Origin: Somniosus microcephalus
Lineage: Eukaryota
Assembly (NCBI GenBank): GCA_052327205.1
Contig: CM126203.1
Span: 204,972,001 to 205,036,000 of the forward strand
DNA length: 64,000 nucleotides
Direction of reading: 5' to 3'
Of this stretch, positions 51,951-64,000 are shown piece by piece. The stretch's first letter is position 1, and every line of letters starts with the position of its first letter. The position numbers and the translations under genes are program-made. Below the pieces are notes generated by a model, which worked only from the letters and a program-made list of their open reading frames with translations, did no database searches and was not told the DNA's origin.

Positions 51951-54900
51951 GGGGGAAAAAATTCAGTTGCTTTGCGCCTACCGTTAGCGCCCTAGCGGGG
52001 TGCAAAGCAACTAGCGCCCAGGCGCGGCACCGCCAACGCCTCCCACGAAATTCAGTGGGAGATTAGCGACAGCAGTAACTGTTAGCGCCCATGGTGCTGA
52101 ATAGCCGATGATGATGTTGTTAGATCCGTGTATCTTGATGTTGTATTTCCTTCAATAATGAGACAAGAGACTGCAGGGAACAATCAACAGGGTGTTTACT
52201 GGATGAGGGTTACTCTAAAACTAACGATACAGATCCCTACTCAGGGTTTATATACAGGTGTGGTCACTGCCGGCACTACAGTAGACAGGAGCTGTAAAAA
52301 GTAGTTCTCCCCTTAAAGGTACATACACTACAATTCCTCCCATTTTAGATTAACAGTACCATAACATTCATTTAACAATTAACACTTTTAACATGCAACA
52401 TTAACTGAAAATAGTCTATTTATAAATTCAGTCTTTGGGGAGGCTTCCTGATCCTTTCTGGATAGTGCCTTTCCTGAGTGTCTTGCTCTTGGTGCGGAGG
52501 CGATTCTGGCCCCCTGTCATCGGTTGGTTCATCAGCTTCCGATGCTACTGTTTCTGGGGTAGATGCTACCGGTATGTCGGGTTCATCACCAGGTACGTAT
52601 GGGCGAGACATGGGGTTGACTCGTTCCTGTGACTCTAGGATCTGGTCAACATGGCGTCTCACAATGTTCGCCCCAAAATCCACTGTGTACATTAGCGGCC
52701 CCTGCCGTGTGCATATCATTCCTGGTTGCCATTTCTCTGTTCGATAGTCGCGGGCCAAGACTGGTTGCCCTACATTGAAGCTTCTTGTCGACTTCTCATT
52801 GATGTTTTGGAATTTCTTATTCTCAACATCTCTTCGTACATTTGGTCTGAGCAAATCCAGACGAGATCTTAACCTTCGGCTAAAGAACATCATGGCCGGG
52901 GTCTGGTTGGTGACTGCATGTGTCGCATTTCTGTAGGCTAACAGGAAATTGTCCACCTTGTGCTGCAGTGGAATGTCATCATCGCACATGGCCCTTACTG
53001 CTTTCTTAAAGGTTTGTACGAACCTCTCAGCCAATCCATTTGTGGCTGGATGATACGGGGCGGATGTGTAATGCTTTACCCCATTCTTCTTCATAAATCT
53101 TCGAAACTCCTCGGACACAAACTGTGGTCCGTTATCAGAGCAAATCTGCTCTGGCAAGCCGTTCCTGGCAAATATGGTCCGTAGGACTGCAATAGTTTTC
53201 TCCGTGGAGGTGGAGGACATTTTGATCACCTCAGGTCATTTTGAGTGCGCATCCACGGCTATTAAAAACATTGAGTCCATGAATGGACCAGCAAAATCAA
53301 TATGCACCCGTTGCCATGGAGATGAGGGCCACTCCCATGGGTGTAGAGGGGCATGTGGTGGTGCATTTTGGAGCTTCTGGCATCCTGAGCAACTCTTTGT
53401 CAGGTCCTCGATTTGCTGATCGATCCCCGGTCACCACACATAAGCCCTAGCAAGGATTTTCATTTTCACCCCTCCCAGATGGCCTTCGTGAAGCTCATTG
53501 AGCACTCTCTCCTTTAACTTGGGTGGAATTACCACTCGGGATCCACACATCAAGGTCCCCTGGCATACTGACAGCTGTTCTCTTCTGGATGAGAATGCTG
53601 GCAACAGTGAGTCGCCATGTGTTGGCCATCCCTTCACCGTCAAGTCATATACCCGAGACAGTGTCGGGTCATTTTGGGTCTCCTTCTCTATCTCCGCGTT
53701 AGTTACAGGCAAGCGTTCAATTATAGTCGAATGAAATATTTCGACAGGGTCCACTGCTGGTGCTTCCTCTGCAGTAGGCAGTGGCAGGCGTGATAGCCCA
53801 TCAGCGTTTTAATGCTGTTTCGTGCCCTTATACTCGACTTCATATTGGTTCGCCCCTAGAAAAAGGGACCATCTTTGTAGCCGTTGCGCAGTCATCACCG
53901 GAACGCCCTTCTTTGGATTAAAGATGGAGACAAGTGGTTGGTGGTCAGTCAGCAAGGTGAACTTCTGCCCGTGCAGATAGTGGTTGAACTTTTTCACTCC
54001 CCACACTAGGCAGAGGGCCGCCCTGTCAATCTGGGCGTAGTTACGCTCGGCTGAGGTTAGTGATCGTGACGCAAAGGCTACTGGCCTCTCTGAGCCGTCC
54101 GAGAATTTGTGCGACAGCACTGCCCCAATGCCATAGGGTGATGCATCACACGCCAACCGAATTGGTAGTGCTGGGTTGAAATGAGCCAACACCTCTTTTG
54201 ATGTGATCAATTCTTTGCTCTTCTGGAAAGCTCGTTTACATTCGTCATTCCACTTCCATGGTACCCCCGTTTGCAGTAGGTTGTTCAGTGGGTGTAGTAC
54301 GGTGGACAAATTTGGCAAGAACTTATGGTAGTAGTTCACCAGCCCAAGGAACGACCTCAGTTGTGACACATTTTCCGGTGCTGGAGCCTTGACTACTGCC
54401 TCAATCTTTTCAGGGGACTTACGTAACCCCTCTTCATCAATAACGTGGCCACAATACGAGATCTGCTTCTGGAAAAACTCGCATTTGTGGCGATTAGCTC
54501 GGAGCCCATCTTCCTTCAATCTAGTGAGCACCTGCTCCAGGTTGGCGAGGTGATCACTGTCATTTTCGCCCATGACCAGGATGTCATCCAAATAACACTG
54601 GGTCCCTGGAATCCCTTGCAGGACTTGATCCATTGCCCTTTGCCAAATAGCTGGAGCTGATGCTACCCCGAACACCAGCCAGTTGTATTGGTAGAGACCT
54701 TTATGAGTGTTGATCGTGAGGTACTGTTTCGAGGCTTCTTCTACCTCCATTTGCAGGTACGCCTGGGCCAGATCAATCTTAGTGAAGCGTTTCCCTCCAG
54801 ATAGCGAGGCGAAAATATCTTCAATCCGCGGAAGCGGATATTGTACCGTGTGAAGGACTGGGTTCACTGTCACCTTAAAGTCCCCACAGATGTGAACATT

Positions 54901-57714
54901 CTTTGGTTCCCCAGGCATATTACTCAATGACCTCTTCATTACAGGAACGATGGGTGTAGCCCACTCACTCCAGTCCACTTTGGACAGTACTCCTGAACGT
55001 TCCAAACCTTCCAGCTCTGCTTCGACGGCTGGGCGGATCGCATAAGGCACCTTAAAAAACTCTGGCCTTGCATTTTCCTCTATTTTGATCGTCGCTGTTA
55101 TGCCTTTTAGTGTTCCAAGTTCCTCCTGGAACACTTCTTGTGCATCAGTTAGCATTTTTGACAGTCGTCCAGGTGTGACGTCGTCATCCTTTTTGGCATC
55201 TACAGTCAGTGCTTGTATGGAATGCCAATCTAGCTGTATCTTCCGGATCCACTCACATCCTAGTAGTGGTGGTCCACCATCTGGCAATACATATAGGTCC
55301 ATTTTTGGTGTTTCCTTGCCATTATATATAACGTTTACCCTTATTTTTCCTTTGGGGTAGACTTTTTGCCCCGTGTACGTCTTCAAGACGATCTCTGTAT
55401 CTCTCAAGGGTAGATGTGAGAATAGCCGCTTGTAGTCCCTTCGGTTTATGACTGTTAGGGCTGATCCTGTGTCCAATTCCATTTTCACTTGGACTCCGGC
55501 TATCTTGAGCGTGACCCAGATAGTTTGGTGATCCTCCATTTTAATCACATTATGTAGTTTCAGACAACCCAGCTCCTTGCTTCCGGAGTCTGTATCCCTT
55601 TCTGTTCGTCTGAACTACTCTCCGTCACTTTATGTACCTTCTTGTACTTCTCCTGTGGAGATTTCTTGCTGCTGGTTTTCTTTTCCGACCTGCAGACTCT
55701 TGCTATGTGTCCTACTTTTCCACACTGTCTGCACACTTGGTCCTTGAACCAGCAATCCTTATGGTCGTGTGTTGTTCTGCCGCAGCGACAGCACTTCACT
55801 GTTCCGTATGCCATTTCATTTGTGCCATATTCTTGCGGTCTCTGTTGTATCTCAGCCACGCCCCGTGCTGCTGCTTCATGTGATACTGCCATGCTGAAAG
55901 CCTTGTCCAGCGTAAGATCCTTTTCTGATAGAAGCCGTTTCTGAGTTCCTTCACTTTGAAGCCACACACGAACTTGTCCCTTAAAGTATCTGCTAGTCCC
56001 TTTCCAAACTGGCAGTGTTTTGATAGCTTGCGCAGTTCCGTTAAATACTCAGCATTACTTTCATCTTTATGCTGGTTCCTTTTGTGAAACTTAAATCTTT
56101 CTGCTATCAGCAGCGGTGTGGGGTTTAAGTGGTCCCGTAGGATTGACACTATGTTTTCAAAATTCTTTTCCGCTGGTTTCTCTCGGATTACTAGGTTTCG
56201 CAGTAAGCCATACGTTTTTGCACCCATTTAATTCAACAATACCAGCGCTTTCTTGTCATCTGGCACTTCATTTGCCTTGCAGTATACTTCAATGCGTTCG
56301 ACATATGTCGTCCAATCTTCGACTTCATTGTCGAACGCTGTGATACTGCCACTCTTCGGCATTCTTGGGTGTGGTTAGACTGGCTCAAAATGGCGTCTCC
56401 CACGCTCTCCCTTCTTCTCCGCTGTGGCTCAAAATGGCGTCTCCCGCGCTCTCCCTTCTTCTCTGCTGCGGCTCAAAATGGCGTCTCCCGCGCTCTCCCT
56501 TCTTAATAGCGTCTCCCGCGCTCTCCCTTCTTCTCCGCTGGAACTCGGCCCTTGAACACCGGCTGCGCTCTGCGCGTTTTCCTGCGTGCCTCTCTCTCTC
56601 TTTGCCGCTGCTTGGTCCTGAACACCGGCTGCGCCCTGTGCGCTCTACCCTCGCTCTTCTCCCGTCGACGCTGCTCGGCCTTTTCTGTGCCGTCGGTCGG
56701 CTCTAGCCGCTGCTGTCCGGGAAGGGTCTGCGCCGTACCTGCTGCCAGCCCGTTTAGCTGGACCACCGTGACTGGAGAACCAAGCCCAGCTCTCAACAGC
56801 CTCCCCTGCGATGCTCAAATCTCTGCTGGATGGTCAACGCCCGTGCTTCTGGACTCGGCCTTCTTCTTTCACTGTTCTCCAGGAGCGAATCCCTGAGAGG
56901 TGATGCAGAGTTGCAGGTAGGTTTGAATCACCTCGTCACCACTGTTAGATCCGTGTATCTTGATGTTGTATTTCCTTCAATAATGAGACAAGAGACTGCA
57001 GGGAACAATCAACAGGTGTTTACTGGATGAGGGTTACTCTAAAACTAATTATACAGATCCCTACTCAGGGTTTATATACAGGTGTGGTCACTGCCGGTAC
57101 TACAGTATACAGGAGCTGTAAAAAGTAGTTCTTCCCTTAAAGGTACATACACTACAGATGTCACCACCGTACGCAGCGACCCGCTCGCGCCCCGGCTGCG
57201 ATCATCGATAGCGCCCCCTGACTTATGCTATGTCTGATGGGGTCTGGGGGGCCTACCTGCGGCCAGGCCGGTGCTAGTTAAAGGGGAGGTGGCGGGTGGC
57301 CATTTTTGTTGCTGGCCGCCTGCCAGCACCTGCCCCCCGTTGCTGTCCCCGGCCCCCATGAAGCTCCCCCACGGGGTGCCGGCTGCTCTCCGTGAGCCAG
57401 GCACTCCTCGAGTGCCGGGCTTGTTTGCCGGCACTCCCGATCCCTGGTGGCCCAGCTGGGCGCTGGGGCATGCTGTGCCAGGCCCCTCCCCTTTAATAAG
57501 GGGAGGAAGTCCTGCAGTACCGCGGCACATAGCACTGTGATATTGCCTCGCAGCGCCCCAAGAGGGACGTGGGGCGCTTCCAGTAGCACCCCTCCTCCCT
57601 CTCGGGGCGCAACCTGGGAAAATCGGCCGCGGGGCCGCTAATTTTTTTGAGGTGCTAAAAGTGGCGCCCTGGCAAAGTTAGCACCCCAAAGGGAGCATGA
57701 ATCAATTTTTCCCC
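51951..57714. mobile_element. GC-rich MITE split by Gypsy B2
   Basis: Pieces 51951-52117 and 57157-57714 are reverse-complement homologs of 34992-35091 and 27852-28451. Confidence 0.75.
52118..57156 (-). mobile_element. Full-length Ty3/Gypsy element B2 (same family as B1)
   Basis: LTRs 52118-52332 and 56943-57156 (5 substitutions + 1 indel), TSD GATGT, PBS TGGTGACGAG; disrupted gag-pol 52420-56362, near-identical to B1. Confidence 0.97.
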
Positions 57715-57810
57715 TATTTCTTTTTATCTCTAACATTTGAAAAGTTGTAACTACATTTCAAACCATATTTAAGATTTCTAAACAATTTTCACAGACACAA
57801 CAAACATAAT

Positions 57811-58080
57811 GGCCCAGAATTCACAGTCGGTACGCCATCATACAGCCTTTGAAATTCACCTCAAGTTGGGATTTCCGCATGCACATGCGCTACATCCCGA
57901 ACTTGCGATCTGTCAAGTTCTGACTGTGCATAGACTTCCTGCACGTTTCACCTCCTCATACAAATGAACGTACTGGCGAAAGGTTGGGCTAATTGCCCAC
58001 CTACTGTGAGTTAATTACCGAAAATTTTTACGTCTGGTGCAAACCGGTGTAGGAAGCCTGTTGCACTGAGTAAGGGGGCC
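57811..58080. mobile_element. MITE fragment
   Basis: Starts ggcccagaatt; cgcatgcacatgcg and ccgaacttgcg blocks shared with the 14521/20126 family. Confidence 0.45.
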
Positions 58081-58272
58081 AGGATGTGAACATTGTATTG
58101 CAAACCTGTTCCAAACATTGCTGCTGTCACACAAAAAAGCCAATTTTTAATTCATCTCCCATATACAATATATCAAGGGAGCACTTTCTGTCCATTAGAT
58201 GATTTGTATTGATAAATACATAGCAAATTTATTTCCAGCAGATTAGGTTATTCATACTGAAAGAAAGAGATT

Positions 58273-59106
58273 GGGTAGGATTTTCATTGGGCCGTGGAGG
58301 CGGGACTGGACACGTGTGGGGGGTTAAAATCCCAAAATCGGGGGGCACAAACCCATCCCGCCCCCAACCCGCCTCCATGCCAGTTTCAAAGGAGGCGGTT
58401 ACCCGACCCGCACTGGGACCCGCCTCCCCGAGGCGGGAAGGGGATTAGTGCCAATTAACTGCCTGTTAACAGGTAGTTAACAGGCAGTTTTTAGTCTAAT
58501 CCCTATTTTCATTCTTGAAGTGTGAGATTCCCAACGGCTCCAAACCACGCCAAGTTAGCGAGGCGGCCCGTCGGGCTGAAGGGCTTGGAGGGGTCGAGGT
58601 GTCCGGTGTTCAGGTGAGTGATGGGTGCATGAGTACAGAGGTAAGTGTGTTTGGTGTGTTTAAAGTGTTTAAAGAAGTTTTACTTACCTTTACAGCCTTC
58701 CTTTCTTCAGGTCTCGGGAGTCCCTCATCTCACCTGCACAGAAACCAGAATGGCCGCGATCTGTCAAAAATTGCAGCATTCAGCTTTCTGTTCCGGAGAG
58801 ATCTCTAAATCATCCTGAGAGGAAGGAATTAACTTAGAGTACAGATTGTCAGTGTTTGACAGCTTCAAACGGCTGTTGAGTGCTGATATTTCATCTGTAA
58901 TAAGGTCTTGACAGATGAAATATCAATCTGTGACATCACCTGTTGCTGGGTGGCCCTTAATTGGCCTGCTGAGCCCACTGGGCGGGCTCAACAAGGTCAA
59001 TCAAGTCAAAATCGCGTGGGTTGGCTAGAACTCAATGGAGGCGGGACTACAACCCCGAAAGTTGTAGTCCCGCCTCCTACCCGCCTCCTCAATGAAAATC
59101 CAGCCC
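58273..59106. mobile_element. Harbinger-type MITE
   Basis: TIR gggtaggattttcattg / caatgaaaatccagccc; internal hairpin ggcgggactacaac..gttgtagtcccgcc. Confidence 0.8.
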
Positions 59107-60544
59107 ATTGTGTCCATTATCCAAGCTGTGTTTTTTTTTAGATATAGTGGTAATACCTTGTCTTGATTATTGGGTAGAAAATAGCTTGAGAAAATTAAAT
59201 GGGACTAATATCACCGCTACGTTTTATTAGTGGACAATTGTTTTATATACTTTATATGAAATACATCATTTCTATTCTCTTTGTACAATGAACTATTAAT
59301 CTCTGTAACTGAATGGCATGCATGTTTTAATATCTTTTTAAAATGAGTTGTGGGCAAATCAGCAATCTCCTTTGTTTCCGGATTGGCTAAGAGTCAGGAA
59401 GTGAATCATGCCCCACGTGATCCATGGTTCACATAAGCACAACGGTGCACTCCTGGGCTCTGTGGAGCACCACGCTGGGCACAACTCTGCAACATTTTCA
59501 AACAAGTTCTCAAAGGGAGGTTCATACGAGGTAAGCACAGATTTCATTCGGATGTCGGTGGCGTACTCCTTATCTATGCTGCTGAGAATAAAATGCTGTT
59601 CATTATTACAGAAGCATTCAAATGTGGAGATAGAAACAATCAAGGAGTTCTTGAAATCCCACTGCTGTAGAACAGCACTGAATTTTATTGACAGCAATGT
59701 TCCAGACTCTGTATGTTCAATGTACATCTGCATTACTGAGAAGCCAACATTTTCCATTTTTCTACATTTTATTTGACAGGTATGACGATGAACCTGTTGA
59801 GATATCAGTTTGGTTGTTGAAAGACTTTTGATGATAAAGCAGAAGATACATATTAAAAAAAATTACAAGATTTTATAGCTGACATCTTCAATAATACCGT
59901 TACTATTGCTGATAAAGCACCTACATTTATATTAACGTGAAAATGAAGCAACATTTTAAATGGCTATCAAACAAAGCATTTATTACTTATTCTCTGTAAC
60001 CTGCTTTTTTTCAAAAAAATTCTTTGATGATAACTGTTCAGAACGTCTATAGGTATCACCACAGCTAGAGTAATGAATGGGGAAATAAAGAAATACTTTG
60101 TCATACGAGCTTTAACATTGTCAGTAAAGGTGTTATATTTTCCAGGCCACAAATGGACCAACATATCAAAATCCCCTGTTTTATGACAACATGGAAGATG
60201 TCATAGTTTCTAGTATTATATTATACTCTTCCTGAAAAAAAACTCACTGCACTGTTAATATATGGAAATAGGTAAGATATAATTGATAGAAACTTAGGGA
60301 TCAAATAAGTGGGATGCAGAACCAAATCTAAAGCAGAAAATAGAGCAACATGCACCAACAGAACTTTTGATGTTTTATTGGGAACATTAAAGCATTAAAA
60401 TCAATGAGAAGGAAAATTGGACGGGTGTATAAATGGCGGCCAATCCCAAGTCAGCTGTTATATGCTCCTGCTGAAGTTGGAAGTACCGCCCGTCGTATAC
60501 TCCAGTCACACACTGAAACCAGCTTTGGTGCCACAATGTAATAA

Positions 60545-60920
60545 TGCCCAAGACTCATTCCCTAATGCCTGTCTGCTTGATCAGTACCCCTGCCACTGAA
60601 CTCAATATCCATCCCTCCATCACCAGAGTACTGTGGCTGCGGTTCGTGCTAGTTAGAGGATGCATTGTGACAATTCACCAGTATCTCCCAAACTCACAAC
60701 CTGTCCCACCAAGAACATGGCGACATCGCCTCCAATCACTCTCCAAGTCACACACCATCCCGACTCGGACATATACTGGCATTTTTCATCTCAGCATCAA
60801 AATCCAAGAACTCTCTACTCAACATCATTATAGGAGCACCATAACCACAAGGACTGCAACAGTTCGAAGAGAAGGCCCACCACCACCTTTTCAGGGTAAC
60901 GAAGGATGGGCAATAAATGG
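60545..60920 (+). mobile_element. Old CR1/L2-group LINE 3' end
   Basis: LNIH.LHH-like remnant and tail cccaccaccaccttttc..ggatgggcaataaatg, shared with the SINE at 17800. Confidence 0.6.
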
Positions 60921-61042
60921 AGATTTGTTAAAGTCATCTACATTGCAAATGGACAGGAGCACAGTTAGTAGGCCCACATTAAAAATGCCATCCTTCCTTA
61001 AGATATAAATTATATGCATGTTTAATTGGGAGTTTGCTGGTA

Positions 61043-61397
61043 CAGGAAACTCTTTTTTATCCGGCACCGACAGGACCGGCGTGGTGCCGGTTGATCAAAC
61101 AGTCCAGATTACAGAGAGGTATACTTACCAAGGTACGAGAGCCCCGTACACGGCCACAGGTGCAGAAGCCCCGGTTACAGGGCACTTGTGCAGGAGTCCC
61201 GGTTACACGACCACAGATCCAGGAGTCCCTGTTGCACGGCCACAGGTGCAGGAACCCCGGTTACACGGCCACAGATCCAGGAACCCCGGTTACACGGCCA
61301 CTAATATACAGTAAAACTTACCTGAACCTACTCCTGAATTTTGCCGGTTAAGAGAGATTTCCTGATATTTAGGTGCCGGTTAAAAGAGAGTTTCCTG
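61043..61397. mobile_element. Tc1/mariner-type MITE with internal ~29-bp minisatellite
   Basis: TIR caggaaactctt / agagagtttcctg; about 6 units of cccggttacacggccacaggtgcaggag at 61140-61300; right end duplicated. Confidence 0.75.
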
Positions 61398-61543
61398 TTG
61401 TAGGATTCCAATATGCTGTCAGCAAAACCGGTTAGGTTCACCACCAATAGATAAGCAAATATGACATGCATTTACAGTTTTGTTCTAGATGTGCGTGCAA
61501 TGATCTGGTTTCAGTAAAAACATGTAAAAGTTGACATTCATAC

Positions 61544-61672
61544 CTAGGTACTTTTTGATTGCATTTGCTGCTTGAAACTGTTTTACGATCAGGTAAGCAG
61601 ATTCAGGCTCAGATAGTGTACTCCACTGGAGAACCTGTTCCAGAACATTCTCTCTGTAGTGCAGTGCTCTCT
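61544..61672 (-). CDS. ARAP2: ARAP2 coding exon (end of Ras-association domain)
   Basis: Minus strand: acceptor ctttcccttccacag|, 129 nt encoding (E)RALHYRENVLEQVLQWSTLSEPESAYLIVKQFQAANAIKKYL, donor |gtatga; phase 1/1. Matches recalled ARAP2 ERPLHYKENVLEQVLRWSSLAEPGSAYLVVK. Confidence 0.9.
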
Positions 61673-62000
61673 CTGTGGAAGGGAAAGTGTAAAGCAATGG
61701 CATAAAATAAGACGCAATAGTGATATTTGAAAACATTATCGTATTTATTCCTTCATACACTTCAATTGTAAAAAATGACTAACCATGACTGACCGGTGGG
61801 TCAAATTAAGGATATATTTATATGAAAGTAAACAAATTAAATGGTATTCTACAATATTAGTCCTCAGTTTAATGTGATAATTTCTGCAAACAATCCCTCA
61901 GATATAGGTTTCATCTTCCTTCAGCAAAATGCATTACCATTTAGCCACTTTAAAATTAATTTGCAATTCCTTAGTCCACCCACCAATTATCACAGAAATC

Positions 62001-62328
62001 ACAGCACAGCAACCCCACAATGCAGATAGAGGCCATTTCGGCCCATCGAGCCTGCACCGACACATATCCCACCCAATCCCCGTAACCCCTACACCAACAC
62101 ATATCCCACCCTATCCCTGTAACCCCACGTATTTAATCCCCCTAACACTAAGGGTCAATTTTTATCATAGCCAATCAACCTAACCCGCACATCTTTGGAC
62201 TGTGGGAGGAAACCGGAGCACCCGGAGAAAACCCACGCAAACACGGGGAGAATGTGCAAACTCCACACAGTCACCCGAGGCCGGATTCGAACCCGGGTCC
62301 CTGGCGCTGTGAGGCAACAGTGCTAACT
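62001..62328 (-). mobile_element. HE1-like V-SINE
   Basis: tRNA head (gttagcactgttgcctcacagcgcc..gggttcgaatcc), V-domain (gcgtgggttttctccgggtgctccggtttcctcccacagtccaaagatgtg), CR1-derived tail. Confidence 0.88.
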
Positions 62329-62503
62329 AGTTCAGATCTCTCTCATTGTCGTAAATCTCTATATGCTCATCACTTAAGACATAGGCTGCGATTTTACCAG
62401 TGCTCAGAGGGCAGGTTTGGAGGTGGGTCAAAGGTTAAAATCATTTTGATTGACGGCAGGTTGCGATCCTGCCGTCAACCAGCCTCCAAACAATTTTATT
62501 CAG

Positions 62504-63796
62504 ATTTACAAAAGGTAAATTGTGCTTGACTAATCTACTGGAATTTTTTGAGGATGTAACTGGTAGAATAGATAAGGGAGAGCCAGTGGATGTGGTGTAT
62601 TTGGACTTTCAGAAGGCTTTCGATAAGGTCCCGCATAAGAGATTAGCGTGTAAAGTTAAGGCACATGGGATTGGGGGCAAGGTACTGACTTGGATAAAGA
62701 ATTGGTTGGCAGACAGGAAGCAAAGAGTTGGAATAAATGGCTCTTTTTCCAAGTGGCAGGCAGTGACTAGTGGGGTACTGCAGGGATCGGTCCTAGGACA
62801 CCAGCTATTCACAATGTATATAAATGATCTAGACGTGGGAAGTAGATGTAATATTTCCAAGTTTGCAGATGACACAAAGCTGGGTGGGCGTGTGTGCTGT
62901 GAGGAGGATGTCGTGAAACTCCAGTAGGATTTGGACAGGTTGGGTGATTGGGCAGAAGCATGGCAGATGCAGTACAATGTGGATAAATGCGAGGTTATCC
63001 GCTTTGGTGGCAAAAACAGGAAGGCAGATTATTATCTGAACGGTAATAGATTGGGAGAAGGGGAAGTGCAACGAGACCTGGGTGTCCTTGTGCACCAGTC
63101 GCTGAAGGTAAGCACGCAGGTGCAGCAGGCGGTTAAGAAGGCAAATGGTATGTTGGCCTTCGTAGCAAGAGGGTTCGCGTACAAGAACAAGGATGTCTTG
63201 CTGCAGTTGTACAGGGCCTTGGTGAGACCACACCTTGAGTATTGTGTGCAGTTTTGGTCACCTTATCTGAGGAAGGATGTTCTTGCCATGGAGGGAGTGC
63301 AGCGAAGATTCACCAGACTGATACCTGGGATGGCAGGAATGACGTATGAGGAGAGATTGGGTCGATTGGGCTTATACTTGCTGGAGTTTAGAAGAATGAG
63401 AGGGGATCTCATTGAAACTTATAAAATTCTAAGAGGACTGGACAGACTGGATGCAGGAAGGATGTTCCCGATGGCCGGGGAGTCCAGAACCAGGGGTCAC
63501 AGTCTAAGGATAAGGGGTAAGCCATTTAGGACAGAGATGAAGAAGAATTTCTTCACCCAGAGACTGGTGAACCTGTGGAATTCTCTACCACAGAAGGCAG
63601 TGGAGGTCAATTCATTAAATATATTCAAGAAGGAGTTGGATATATTTCTTAAGGCTAAAGGGATCAAGGGATATGGGGAGAAGGCAGGGATAGGGTACTG
63701 AATTTGGATGATCAGCCATGATCTCATTGAATGGCGAAGCAGGCTCGAGGGGCTGAATGGCTTACTCCTGCTCCTATCTTCTATGTTTCTATGTTT
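62504..63796 (+). mobile_element. Young CR1 (HER1-like) RT + 3'UTR, inserted in a MITE (62383-62503, 63797-64000)
   Basis: ORFs 62520-62927 and 62931-63701 are in frame with one premature TAG; (ctatgttt)n tail. Confidence 0.94.
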
Positions 63797-64000
63797 CCCA
63801 AGTGTCGGGTCCCTGATTTGCGAATGGACCCGACACCTAGCGGTGGGAAGAAGATTAAAGGCAATTACCTGCCTATTAACAGGTACTTGCCAGTAGTTGA
63901 CAGCCTATTTTTGAATTTCGCCACTTCTGGCTCGGGTTTCCCAACATCCAGACACCACGCCAGGTAAGTGTGGTGTGTTGTGAGTTTGCTGTAATGTTTC

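Noticed and set aside
59359-60164. Overlapping ORFs of 122, 132 and 65 aa as a novel gene or endogenous viral element
   Set aside because: No recognisable domain, and neighbouring frames are full of stops; it cannot be supported without a homology search.
61140-61300. Regular ~29-bp repeats as a CRISPR-like array
   Set aside because: Units are directly tandem with no unique spacers, and the context is eukaryotic.
62270-62328. tRNA gene
   Set aside because: The tRNA-like A/B boxes are SINE heads continuous with SINE bodies (also at ~5720-5770 and ~17800).

Overview
Eukaryotic, TE-dense intronic window from a vertebrate, most likely a cartilaginous fish. This is inferred from HE1/V-SINE, Deu-type SINE and HER1-like CR1 repeats. 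The host gene lies on the minus strand and is recognisable as ARAP2. Three phase-compatible GT-AG exons (61544-61672, 45172-45311, 8298-8380) encode the end of the RA domain and the fifth PH domain. The ORF track catches only the first of them, inside a longer ORF. The introns contain four full-length Ty3/Gypsy LTR elements with 5-bp TSDs and ~2-3% LTR divergence, many CR1/L2 LINEs, SINEs, Penelope elements with minimal hammerhead-ribozyme motifs, Harbinger-type Myb/SANT remnants and MITEs. Main observations: (1) one Gypsy element has no tRNA PBS; its PBS position is a perfect 14-nt complement of its own LTR poly(A)-signal region, a candidate self-priming design; (2) an LTR-less, internally deleted copy of that Gypsy lineage sits cleanly inside the RT of another Gypsy, with inverted templated junctions; (3) two Gypsy elements inserted ~55 bp apart in two copies of one MITE family; (4) a 111-bp local sequence was copied into a Penelope element; (5) there is a six-layer nest of insertions. 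All calls are by eye, no database searches were run, and novelty is unverified.
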